Source of the DNA: an uncultured beta proteobacterium
GTDB taxonomy: Bacteria > Pseudomonadota > Gammaproteobacteria > Burkholderiales > Casimicrobiaceae
Assembly: GCA_903912485.1 (NCBI GenBank)
Contig: CAIWHR010000076.1
Location: forward strand, 1 to 58,979
Direction: 5' to 3'
DNA: 58,979 nucleotides
Shown here piece after piece: positions 9,148 through 18,552 of this stretch. Positions within the stretch are counted from its first letter, which is position 1. The number at the start of each line of letters is the position of its first letter. A program made the position numbers and the translations under genes. Under the pieces are notes generated by a model, which had not been told where the DNA came from, did no database searches, and was given only the letters and a program-made list of their open reading frames with translations.

Positions 9148-10170
9148 ATGGCCATGACCGCCAAGCACATCAACCGTATCAACCTTCAACGCGCGATCGT
9201 CGAGATCCTGCCCCTGCAAGGCGGCAAGATGCCCGGCCTGAAAGCCGCCGATATCTGCAGCAGCTTCGAGGAGTACTTCCCCAGAAGCAAGAGCGATGGC
9301 GCGAACCGCCGCAAGCTCGAGCGCGAGCTTAAAGATCTCATCGAGGAAGGTCGCGCCGTCGTCGGCGACGTCAAGGCCAGGCCCAATCTCTACCTGCGCC
9401 CCGCTTCCGAGGACGAAGACGAGTTCGATTCGCTGTTGTGGGCCTACACCGTCGGGCACATCGAGGACCATCTCGAGTCGGTGCTTCCGCACAAGAAACT
9501 CGAAGCCGCCATCAAGCGGCTTCAGGACCCGGATGCGGGCGTACGCCTGAGCGACAGCAAATTCAGGATCGTTCCCGACACCCTGCGCCTGCTACCGGCC
9601 GCATTCGATCCCGCGGTCCTTGCGGCCATCCTCCAGGCTCTCATGGAAGGAAAGACACTGAACGCAGTCTATCGCGACAAAGCAGGCAAGCAAACCCGCC
9701 CGACTCTGCACCTGCAAGCTGCACTTCATCGGGGGCCACGCTTCTACGTCTTCGCGCTCAAGAACGAGGAAACGGAGCCTGTCCGGATGTACGTCCTGCA
9801 CCGTTTCACCAGCGCCAGCGTCGGCGATGAGCCGGTGCGCGTGGCGCCAGGCTTCGACCTGGACGAGGCCGAGCGCACGGGCCAGGTCAATTTCAGCAGC
9901 GGCGAGATGACCCAACTTGCAATGCTCGCCCGCGGCTACGTCGCCGACCTGTTGCGCGAGTGCCCGATGGGACGGGATCAGCAGATCATTGATGAGCCCG
10001 CGGGCAACCTGTTCGACTGCCGCGTGAGCGTCACCGTACCCAAGGCGGGACAACTGCTGCGCTGGCTGCTCGGTTGCGGCGACAACGTGAAGGTATTGGA
10101 GCCGCTCGAAATCGCGAAAGCAGTTGCGGCGCAGTCGGGGAAGACGGCGAAGCTGTATGTGGAGGGATGA
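9148..10170 (+). CDS. WYL-domain protein (second putative regulator)
   Basis: 340-aa ORF. N-terminal winged-helix-like segment, central WYL-like segment (RPTLHLQAALHRGPRFYVFAL ... VRMYVLHRF), C-terminal tail (VKVLEPLEIAKAV). Confidence 0.7.
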   Translation: MAMTAKHINRINLQRAIVEILPLQGGKMPGLKAADICSSFEEYFPRSKSDGANRRKLERELKDLIEEGRAVVGDVKARPNLYLRPASEDEDEFDSLLWAYTVGHIEDHLESVLPHKKLEAAIKRLQDPDAGVRLSDSKFRIVPDTLRLLPAAFDPAVLAAILQALMEGKTLNAVYRDKAGKQTRPTLHLQAALHRGPRFYVFALKNEETEPVRMYVLHRFTSASVGDEPVRVAPGFDLDEAERTGQVNFSSGEMTQLAMLARGYVADLLRECPMGRDQQIIDEPAGNLFDCRVSVTVPKAGQLLRWLLGCGDNVKVLEPLEIAKAVAAQSGKTAKLYVEG

Positions 10171-10251
10171 TCGGGCACCGGTTGATCCGGAGCACGGCTT
10201 CGGCTGGAGCAAGCGAGGCACGCAAGCCCCTCGAGATCGGGATAGGGGCGG

Positions 10252-10740
10252 TCAGATTACCTGACGGGTATGGCCCGCCACCTTCGCCGCATGTGCCTCG
10301 GTCGCACCCAGTGCCCGCAGGGCCCGATAAGTCGTCTTGCCTCGTCGCCACTGGTTGGGTTGAATCGCCCGTAGCCGGTGACGCAGCCATTCGTCGAGGG
10401 CGCGGAACGTCCTTGGCGTTTGCGCCAGCCGGAAGTACTCCCTCCAACCGGGCAAGTAGCCGCGGAGCCGTTCGGCGACTCCGGCAAGCTGCGTCCACAG
10501 TTCCGACGAGTCAGCCACCGAATACGCTGCTTGAACGTGTCCAAAGCCTTACGCGCAACGGCCCGTTTGACCTCATCCCCAGACCGTCGCCGAAAACGGT
10601 AGCCGAGAAACCTCCGGCCGAAGACCCTGGCCACCGCAGTCTTCGCTTCGTTCACCTTCAGGTGCAGCCCAGCGTACCCGATCCTCGCGATCCCGATTGC
10701 CACGTAGCACCAAATGATGCTGCGGCGCATTCTCGTCTAT
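10252..10740 (-). pseudogene. group II intron reverse transcriptase/maturase remnant (frameshifted, 5-prime truncated)
   Basis: Two frames carry consecutive pieces. One is IIWCYVAIG..GLHLKVNEAKTAVARV..RFLGYRF (late RT/thumb). The other is YLPGWREYFRLAQTPRTFRALDEWLRHRLRAIQ..WRRGKTTYRAL (maturase X domain). The earlier RT blocks are absent. Confidence 0.7.
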
Positions 10741-10907
10741 ATCGGCATCACACGAGGCAGAGAACTCGTTCATCGTCCCCCCCGGCCGGCTACGTGGGCG
10801 GCGATGGTGGGGGACGAGCCGATCGAACGGCATTGGTCAGAGCTGGAGGAGCGGTTGCGCGTGATTACCAATGCCTGACGTCGGGAAAGTGGACATACTT
10901 GTTACGC

Positions 10908-13900
10908 CTACACGGCGCCACCGATGACCCGCACGGTGCTCGCGCCATGGCCTTGACGTTCTACCAGTACTTGGACTCCGATACGCTCGGCAAGTCCCGG
11001 GACGTGCGAGATCAAGCCCACCTTTCGTCCGGCAGACTGGACCGAGTCGAGTGCCGACAGCGCGGTCTCCAGCGTCTTCGAGTCCAGCGACCCAAAGCCC
11101 TCGTCGATAAAAAGCGATTCGATCCGCACCTTCTCTGAGGCCAGCGACGACAGGCCCAGCGCAAGTGCCAGCGAGACGAGGAAGGTCTCCCCTCCAGAGA
11201 GCGATGCAGTCGATCGGATCTCGTCGCCCATGTCACGATCAACCGCCTGAAGTTCCAGATCCTGGGTCTTCACCCGTTGCAGTAAGTAGCGAGGTGCGAG
11301 GCTTGCCAGTTCGGCGTTGGCATGCGCAATCAGCAGCTCCATCGTCATGCTCTGGGCGAACTTGCGGAACTTCTTCCCATCGGCCGACCCGATCAGCGTG
11401 TCGAGTTGTTGCCAGACCGTCGCCTCTTTGCGCGCCTGCGCCAACTCGCGGGCCTTGGCCGCGCCCAATTCACGATTCTCGTTGTCTTGGTCGAGCCGCT
11501 GCTTCGCCGCGCCGAGTTGCTGGCTTTGCTTGCCGTGCTGCGTCTCCAAGGTCACGATGTTCGCTTCGATGTCAGGCAAAGGTGCTGCAGGGGCCGGTTG
11601 CGCTTCGTGTGCCAAGAGGTCTTTCTGCCGCTCTTCGAGGGAATTGCATTCGATGGAACGCTGGCGATCGACTTCACTTAACGCTGCCCGCTCCTGACCG
11701 ACCCACTGCTCCTCATGCACGAGCAGGGTGCGCAGCGTCCCAGCGTCGAGCTCCGCGGTAGAAAGAGCTTTTGCAAGCGCGTTCGCAGTGAGTTCCTTTG
11801 CCTGAACGGCTTTGTCGACAGATCGTTGAGCGATCTTGTGCGCCTCTTGTTTCTTGGCGACATCTTCCCGTGTTCGCTTGGCCTGTTCCGACGCGACGTC
11901 CTGGGCTTGATCACAAGCCTTGAGCGCCGCTTGCAACGAAGCCTCGACCTCAGTCGCTGGCCTGCCTTGAAGGACTTCCTGCCGCTTTGCCAGCAGTGCG
12001 CTGCGGTCGGCAGCTAGCTGATTGCGGTCGGCAACGAGGGTATCCCGCTGTTGCGTCGATTGCTTCAGCAGATTGGCCTGCACTTCCCGCTGTGTATCGA
12101 TCTCGGTCAACTGCTTCCTGTTGCTCTCGTAAATCTGCGCGTGTTGCCTGGCTTCATCGATTCGCGCAGTCCATTTCGAAGTGAAGGCCTTCGGGTCTGC
12201 TTCGAGGTCGACCTGCCAGCCATCGAACTCGCCAAGAGCCACGGCGAGGTTCACGAGCGTTCCATCGAGCACTTTCCGGAAGGCGTCCACATCCGCGGTC
12301 GCGTGCCTGCGCTTCTCGAGCGCCGAAGCCACGACGCCCTCGGCCGCCGTGAGCGCGCTGCGCGCCTTTTCGGCGCGGCCGACCGCTTCTCCCTGCGACT
12401 TGCGGGCCTCCGCCGCCGACTTGCGAAGCTGCCCCAAGGCTTGCTCCTGTTCGGCAATGGCCTTGGCCTCTGCGTTCAGATCGAGCTCTCTCGCTTCCAG
12501 CCAGTCTTTGGATTCGAGGCCCGCCGGATCGCCTGCGCCACCGAACGTCTTCCACTGAGCTGCCGCATCGCCCAATTCGGCTTGCCAGCGATCAATCTCC
12601 TTCTCCAGTTCAAGTACCCGACTGGTTCGAGCCTCGGCGCGCGCCGTCTCCGCGGCCTCCCGGTTCTGCAACTCGGTACGACGCTCGGTCTGCGTCCGCT
12701 TCTGTTCTTCAAGAGCGGCAGTCGTCGTTTTGATCGGACCCGTGCCAGGGTGGTGCGTCGATCCGCACAAGGGGCATGGCTCGCCGTCGATGAGCCGGGC
12801 ACGGTGTGCATCGAGGCCGAGCCGTTCGAGCAGGAGGTCGGTTCCGGCCAACTGCTGCTCGACCTCGCGACGGGCCGCTGCGGCCTGGCCGGCCTGCGTT
12901 TCGGCGTCCGTTGTTTCCTTCCTGGCCTTAGCCGCCTCGGCTTGGCGATTCGTGCAATCCTTGTCTGCCTTTGCAGCCCGGTCGCGCTGCTGCTCAAGCT
13001 TCGCGAACTGGATGCGCAGAGCTTCGAGTGCAGTCCGTCGCTCGGCAATATTTCCGGTCGGGTGCTCCGCTTCGGCGGCCTCGGCGGTCCGTACGCGTTC
13101 CAGCGCGGTCTTGACCAAAGCTTCGGCCGCGGTCAACTCCCGCTGTGCCTGTGTCTGGGCGACGACCGCATCTTCGTGGGTCAGCTGCAGGGCAGGCAGG
13201 GCTGTGAGTTGCGTCTTCCAACCGGCATGCGTCTGCTCGAATGCCCTTAACTGTGGCGCAACGCCCTCGTTCCATCCCTTAGCAAGCGCAACGACTGTGC
13301 CATTCGACTTCACCCAGGCCGTCAGCTCTTCCAGCGCCGATGAGACGGTCTCGCGTCGATCGGTCAGAGTCCGTCCTTCCTTTTCCAGAGCCGCAAGCCC
13401 GCTGTTGGCCTCCGCCAGCTTCTTGTCCGTGGCCTCGATGGTCCCAGTCTTCTCGGCAATCGCCTGATCCAGGGACTTCGCAGTGTCGATCTGCGGCTTG
13501 GTCGATACCACCTCGTTGCGTCGCCGGTGCTGGTCCTTCAATGCCTGCGCGAGTGCCGCTGCCGCGCGCTCATCTTCGGTCCGGGCCTGCACCAAGGCGA
13601 CCTCGGCAGAGCCCAGATGCATTTGGGCGGCACCGAGCTCTTCGGCCGTTCGTGTCGCTTCCTTGTCGACAGCACGCAGGGGCTGCACTCGTTCAATGTC
13701 GGCCAGCGCTCGACGCCGCGGCTCGGCCTCGGTCCACCGGCGCGTGGCCGCGACCGAACTCTCACGCGCTTGGTCGAGCTTCTGCCGGATCTCGGCTGCC
13801 TTGGTCCGCCAAGTCTTCTGCTCGCGCAGACCACCGAGCCGGCTTGCTGTGTTGGCGATGATCTGGCCAAGTTCGGCAACGCTCGCCAGGAGTGCGGCAC

Positions 13901-14597
13901 GGGTCTGGGTGTCCATGATCGGGAGGGCCTTTACTGCGTCTTCCTGAAGGCGAAGCGACTCCTCGATCTCCTTGGCCCGGGCATAGGCACGTTTCGATAC
14001 GGCGCTGTAGAGTTCCGTGCCGGTCATGCGTTCCAGAAGCTCGGAGCGCTCATCGCTCTTGGCCTTGAGGAAGGCCGCGAAGTCGCCTTGCGCGAGCAGG
14101 ATCGAGCGGCGGAACTGGTCGAAGGTCAGGCCAACCGCTCGTTCCGTGGCCTCGAGCACTTCGGTCTTGGTGCGCCCCAGTGGCTGCCCAGACTCGTCAT
14201 CCAGCAGCTGTATCTCCGACTGCTGAAGCTTGCCTCCTGCCTTGTTGCGCGCACGCCGCACCGACCAGTTCGCCCGATAGCGGCGTCCATCAGTACCGAT
14301 GAATCGGACCTCGGCCAGGCCTTCGCCCGCACCACGTCGCAGCAAGTTGCGGGGGTCGTGCACGCCCAGCAATTCGTCCGGTCCGTCGGGAATCTGGTAG
14401 CCTGAGTTCGACTCCAGCCGGGGTGTGCGGTCGTACAGCGCCAAACTCAGCGCATCAAGAAGTGTGCTCTTCCCTGCACCTGTGGGTCCGGAAATCGCAA
14501 ACAGGCCCGCCCCGGCGAGCGGGCCAGTCTCGAAGTCGAGGTCGAAGTTGCCGGCCAAGCTTGCAAGGTTGCGTCCGCCGATCCGGAGAATCTTCAT
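10908..14597 (-). CDS. sbcC: SbcC, Rad50-like ATPase subunit of the SbcCD nuclease
   Basis: ATG 14597 (GGAGGC upstream) gives MKILRIGGRNLASL..ISGPTGAGKSTLLDALSLALY (Walker A). Very long coiled coil with a CPLCGS zinc hook. C-terminal LSGGETFLVSLALALGL and LFIDEGFGSLD. The 61 upstream codons in the ORF track are not used. Confidence 0.9.
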   Translation of the reverse strand: MKILRIGGRNLASLAGNFDLDFETGPLAGAGLFAISGPTGAGKSTLLDALSLALYDRTPRLESNSGYQIPDGPDELLGVHDPRNLLRRGAGEGLAEVRFIGTDGRRYRANWSVRRARNKAGGKLQQSEIQLLDDESGQPLGRTKTEVLEATERAVGLTFDQFRRSILLAQGDFAAFLKAKSDERSELLERMTGTELYSAVSKRAYARAKEIEESLRLQEDAVKALPIMDTQTRAALLASVAELGQIIANTASRLGGLREQKTWRTKAAEIRQKLDQARESSVAATRRWTEAEPRRRALADIERVQPLRAVDKEATRTAEELGAAQMHLGSAEVALVQARTEDERAAAALAQALKDQHRRRNEVVSTKPQIDTAKSLDQAIAEKTGTIEATDKKLAEANSGLAALEKEGRTLTDRRETVSSALEELTAWVKSNGTVVALAKGWNEGVAPQLRAFEQTHAGWKTQLTALPALQLTHEDAVVAQTQAQRELTAAEALVKTALERVRTAEAAEAEHPTGNIAERRTALEALRIQFAKLEQQRDRAAKADKDCTNRQAEAAKARKETTDAETQAGQAAAARREVEQQLAGTDLLLERLGLDAHRARLIDGEPCPLCGSTHHPGTGPIKTTTAALEEQKRTQTERRTELQNREAAETARAEARTSRVLELEKEIDRWQAELGDAAAQWKTFGGAGDPAGLESKDWLEARELDLNAEAKAIAEQEQALGQLRKSAAEARKSQGEAVGRAEKARSALTAAEGVVASALEKRRHATADVDAFRKVLDGTLVNLAVALGEFDGWQVDLEADPKAFTSKWTARIDEARQHAQIYESNRKQLTEIDTQREVQANLLKQSTQQRDTLVADRNQLAADRSALLAKRQEVLQGRPATEVEASLQAALKACDQAQDVASEQAKRTREDVAKKQEAHKIAQRSVDKAVQAKELTANALAKALSTAELDAGTLRTLLVHEEQWVGQERAALSEVDRQRSIECNSLEERQKDLLAHEAQPAPAAPLPDIEANIVTLETQHGKQSQQLGAAKQRLDQDNENRELGAAKARELAQARKEATVWQQLDTLIGSADGKKFRKFAQSMTMELLIAHANAELASLAPRYLLQRVKTQDLELQAVDRDMGDEIRSTASLSGGETFLVSLALALGLSSLASEKVRIESLFIDEGFGSLDSKTLETALSALDSVQSAGRKVGLISHVPGLAERIGVQVLVERQGHGASTVRVIGGAV

Positions 14598-15838
14598 GTT
14601 GCCTCCGGGTCGGCCTGGGCCTCGCCAAGCAACTGGTGAAAGGCAGCCAACAAGTCGGCCGGAGGCTCGCCCTCGTGCTCGCGCGCCCAGCGCTGGCGCA
14701 ACACGTCCTCGGGCTGCAGGTCCTGCAGCGTCGTCTTGGGCAACGAGTCGGCCAGCGCCTGGCCGTTCCCGGTGTACCAAGTGGAGATGCGCGCGAGCCG
14801 CACGCCTTTGCCCTCCAGCGCCTTCTCGATCCTTGCGCGCAACGCGGGCTCCGGCTGTACCAGCAACACGGGCACTTCGAGAATCGGTTGTTCGTCAGGC
14901 GGCAGGTTCGCGCGGCTCGCCATGGCCGCCAAGGCGGTCTCGACTTCTTCCAACCGCTTGGGATCGGCCGGCACCCGAAGCAGTTCCACCTTGCGGGGGA
15001 TAAGCTCGTGCGCGACCGACACGAGATTTCCGTCGTCGATGTCCACGACGCAGATTTGGTGCGGGTAACCGATCTCCGCCATCGACAGCGGAATCGGTGA
15101 GCCCGAGTAGCGGATCGACTCCCGGGAGACTTCCTGCGCCAGATGCAGGTGACCAAGGGCCACGTAGGCCAGCGAGCCGGGGAAAATGTCGGCGGGCAGC
15201 GCGTGCTGGTTGCCGCTGAGGATCTTGCGCTCCGAGAGCTCCGAGATCTTGGTGCCAGTCATGTACAGGTGGCCCATCGCCAGCAAGGCCTGGCCCGGCA
15301 CGCGCTCGCGCTCGGCATGTGCGATCGCTTCTGAATACACGCGGCGCACACCTTCGATCAGGGCATCGACGCCTTCGTTCCTGATGACCGGCAGGTCGGC
15401 GGGGCGGAGAAAGGGCATCGCGACGACCTTCACCGCTTCGATGCCAGCCTTGTCCTTCAGTGGCACGATGAGCCGCGCGTAGTCGACGGAGCCGTTGCCG
15501 CCACGCGGCAGGCTACCGACGACGCGAACGTCAAAGGCACGCAGTAGCGGTTCGGGCGCATCCAGGCGCGATGCCGAGTCGTGATTACCGCCAACGAGCA
15601 CGATGTCGAGTCCGGGCACGCGCCCGTGCGCCGCCGCCAGGAACTCGTAGAGGTCGGCCTGCGCTTCGGCCGATGGATTCGAGGTATCGAATATATCGCC
15701 CGCGACCAGCAGCGCGTCGGCCGCAAGCGCTTCCAGCCGCCTGAGCAACCACTTGAAGAACGCCAGGTGCTCGGTCCTCCGGGAGAAGTCATGCAGTGTG
15801 TGCCCGAGGTGCCAATCAGAAGTATGAACGAGCCTCAT
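14594..15838 (-). CDS. sbcD: SbcD, Mre11-like nuclease subunit
   Basis: MRLVHTSDWHLG, GDIFD, GGNHD and GHLH motifs. ATG 15838 preceded by AGGAG. Stop overlaps the sbcC start. Confidence 0.9.
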   Translation of the reverse strand: MRLVHTSDWHLGHTLHDFSRRTEHLAFFKWLLRRLEALAADALLVAGDIFDTSNPSAEAQADLYEFLAAAHGRVPGLDIVLVGGNHDSASRLDAPEPLLRAFDVRVVGSLPRGGNGSVDYARLIVPLKDKAGIEAVKVVAMPFLRPADLPVIRNEGVDALIEGVRRVYSEAIAHAERERVPGQALLAMGHLYMTGTKISELSERKILSGNQHALPADIFPGSLAYVALGHLHLAQEVSRESIRYSGSPIPLSMAEIGYPHQICVVDIDDGNLVSVAHELIPRKVELLRVPADPKRLEEVETALAAMASRANLPPDEQPILEVPVLLVQPEPALRARIEKALEGKGVRLARISTWYTGNGQALADSLPKTTLQDLQPEDVLRQRWAREHEGEPPADLLAAFHQLLGEAQADPEAT

Positions 15839-16160
15839 CGATCCCACTCCTGTCGGCGCGCGTCTAAAGTTACCCCAGGGGTGCGCGTTGAAGAATGACC
15901 CAGGGTGGGCTGCCGCCCAGCTTTGGGCGGCGCGTGGTCAAGTGTAGTCGATGGATGGCAGAACGGGGCCTCCTCGGTCGACGCCTTGGATCGCTTGCTC
16001 TGTTCCCGCGACTTGATCCGCGACTTGGCGGTCGCGGTGCTGTGGCGGAAACGGTAGGACTCGTTGTCCAACTTTGCGGCCTGGGCGATAGCGCATTTGC
16101 CAAACGAGACCTGCCTCGTCTGGGATGAGCGCATCGCCAGGTAAGAGTCACCGAGGCCCG

Positions 16161-16352
16161 ATGCCTCAATATTCATTGTCCATTCTTGCGTCCGTCGAGC
16201 GCGCTGCGGCGCTGATCGAGGAGGCTGACGCGCTTGTCGTCGCGGCCGGCGCCGGAATGGGAGTCGACTCCGAGCTGCCGGATTTTCTGGGGCGTGAGGG
16301 CTTCTGGGAGGCCTACCCGGCGCTGGGACGCGCGAAAGTGGACTTCCATGGA
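16161..16352 (+). pseudogene. N-terminal stub (~64 aa) of a Sir2-family NAD-dependent protein
   Basis: ALVVAAGAGMGVDSELPDFLGREGFWEAYPALGRA matches the Sir2 NAD-binding N-terminus. Similarity stops after ..KVDFHG and the frame runs into unrelated sequence before the recD stop. Confidence 0.6.
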
Positions 16353-16485
16353 TGGCGGCGCGGCGTGTTGAATGTCGTCGACATGCAGCAGGGCAGGATC
16401 GTCGACCTGACGGGCAAGGCAGCAGGGCGGCGATCGGGGGGTGGCACCAATTCGGCGTCCACCCGGAAGATGTGGTCAACCAGGT

Positions 16486-18552
16486 TTACTTTCCGGACCC
16501 AGTGAGCAACCCGCTAAGCCTCAGCACCCGCCGCCGCACCGCCTGTTCCAGCACGGCCGGCTTCCCCGCTTCGACGAGGCTAAACCAGCGGCTGGACCGG
16601 GTGATTCCCGTATAGACCAGCTCTCGTGTCAGGATCGGATTGATCCGGTCGGGAAGCACCATCGCCGCATGCGTGAACTCGGACCCCTGCGCCTTGTGCA
16701 CCGTCAGCGCATAGACCGTTTCCACGGCCTGCAGACGACTTGGCTGCACCCACTTGATCCCACCGTTGCCGTCCCCGGCCGGAAAGGCCACACGCAGAGG
16801 GCCAGCGCTTCCGACCGTGGGCAGTTCGAGGGTGATGCCGATGTCGCCGTTCATCAGCCCGAGTCCATAGTCGTTGCGGGTCACCAGCACCGGGCGTCCG
16901 GCGTACCAACCCTCCGCGGCGGCAATCAGTCCCTCGCTGTGCAGCCAATCGGAGATCCGCTGGTTGAGCCCCTCGACGCCCCAGGGTCCGCGGCGCAGCG
17001 GAGAGAGTAGTTGGAACTGTTCGTGCGCTGCGAGCACTTTGGCAGCCCAGCGGTCGATATCCACCTGGCTGGCGCCGGGTTGGGGGCGAGCCCCCTTCAT
17101 GGCGGTCAGGTAATAGCGATAACCCACCGGCCGCTCGGGCATTGCCGCCGCATCCGCAACTGAGCAATCGAACGCTATGTCGTTGATGACGAGGCGGCGT
17201 AGCATCGCTTCGCTCTTGCCCTCCGTGGCCTCCGTGCCGCCCAGTTGCACGCGTGCCAGGTCGGCATGGCCGTGGGCCAACACTCGTTCCAATGCCTGGA
17301 CATCGCCGGAATTGACCGCCTTGGCCAGTCGGCCGATCCCGCTCGTTTCGTTGAAGCGGAAACTGTGGCGCAGCATTGCGACCGTCTGGTCGAGCGATGT
17401 TCCGGCCGAATCGACGAGTTTGGGCGGGAGCTTCCCGACCAACCCGTCCAGCCAGGCGGCGGTGTCGGGCGTGTAATGGCCCTGCTCTGCCCGGCGGCAC
17501 AGTTCGCCGAGCACCGCGCCGGCCTCGACCGAGGCCAGTTGATCCTTGTCGCCAAGCAGAATGAGGCGCGCTGTCGCCGGCAATGCGGCCAGCACCGCCG
17601 CGAGCATCTCCAGATCGATCATGGAGGCCTCATCCACCACCAGCACGTCCACCGGCAGCGGATTGCCAGCGTGGTGCGTGAAGTGCCGAGTGTCGGGGCG
17701 GCTGCCGAGAAGGCGGTGCAACGTCGTCGCTTTCGTCGGAATTGCGTCCACAATCGCGCCGCCAAGGGCGAACTGGTTGCGGGGCAGGCCCGCCAGCGCT
17801 TTGGCGATCGCCTCCTTCAGGCGAGCCGCCGCCTTGCCCGTGGGCGCGGCGAGGCGGATGCGCAAGGGACGCGGCGGCGGCATTGCCAACGCCATCGCCT
17901 GCAACACCGCCAGCAGTCGCACGACCGTCGTCGTCTTGCCCGTTCCCGGGCCACCGGTCACGATGGCGAAAGCACTGCGCGCCGCCAGCGCACAACCGAG
18001 CTTCTGCCAGTCCGGTCCGGGTATCCCAGGCACCGGCGGGAACAGGACCGTCAGCGCGGCACTCAGCACGTCTTCGCGCAGCGGCAAGGTCTGACCCAAG
18101 CGCGCCTCAATCCCGGCCCATATCGAATGCTCATACTGCCAGTAACGGCGCAGGTAGAGACGGGATCCCGCGATGACCAGCGGCGTGTTTCCTGGACCGG
18201 CGCTGACCAACTCCGGGGCCACCAGCGCGGCTTGCCAGTCGGCGAGGGTCACACCTTTCAGCACTGTCGACGGCAGCGGCGGCGCCATTTCAGTTGCGTC
18301 CCGGCCGCTTTCCGGCGGCAACGACAACGCGAAGTCCGGGTCGTCCAGAGTCTGGCCCAGATCGAGACAGGGATGACCCCGGCCAAGCTGGTGACTGGTC
18401 AGAGCCGCCCCCAGGATCAGCAGCGGCGCCGCGGTCGGCTCCTCGCGCACGAGGAAATTAGCGAAGGCACCATCCAGCGCACGCAGCCAGCCGTGCCGGG
18501 TCCAGCGCTCGATCAGCGCCAGCGTGCTGACCGTGTCGCTCAGGCCGTTCAT
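16486..18552 (-). CDS. recD: RecD, exodeoxyribonuclease V alpha subunit
   Basis: ATG 18552 overlaps the recB stop (ATGA). Walker A GGPGTGKTT, VVDEASMID, C-terminal TVHKAQGSEF. Confidence 0.9.
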   Translation of the reverse strand: MNGLSDTVSTLALIERWTRHGWLRALDGAFANFLVREEPTAAPLLILGAALTSHQLGRGHPCLDLGQTLDDPDFALSLPPESGRDATEMAPPLPSTVLKGVTLADWQAALVAPELVSAGPGNTPLVIAGSRLYLRRYWQYEHSIWAGIEARLGQTLPLREDVLSAALTVLFPPVPGIPGPDWQKLGCALAARSAFAIVTGGPGTGKTTTVVRLLAVLQAMALAMPPPRPLRIRLAAPTGKAAARLKEAIAKALAGLPRNQFALGGAIVDAIPTKATTLHRLLGSRPDTRHFTHHAGNPLPVDVLVVDEASMIDLEMLAAVLAALPATARLILLGDKDQLASVEAGAVLGELCRRAEQGHYTPDTAAWLDGLVGKLPPKLVDSAGTSLDQTVAMLRHSFRFNETSGIGRLAKAVNSGDVQALERVLAHGHADLARVQLGGTEATEGKSEAMLRRLVINDIAFDCSVADAAAMPERPVGYRYYLTAMKGARPQPGASQVDIDRWAAKVLAAHEQFQLLSPLRRGPWGVEGLNQRISDWLHSEGLIAAAEGWYAGRPVLVTRNDYGLGLMNGDIGITLELPTVGSAGPLRVAFPAGDGNGGIKWVQPSRLQAVETVYALTVHKAQGSEFTHAAMVLPDRINPILTRELVYTGITRSSRWFSLVEAGKPAVLEQAVRRRVLRLSGLLTGSGK

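Noticed and set aside
12051-14405. Plus-strand ORFs of 245-399 aa antisense to sbcC
   Set aside because: They overlap a gene with Walker A, zinc hook and signature motifs. The translations are Leu/Arg/Gly-rich without motifs.
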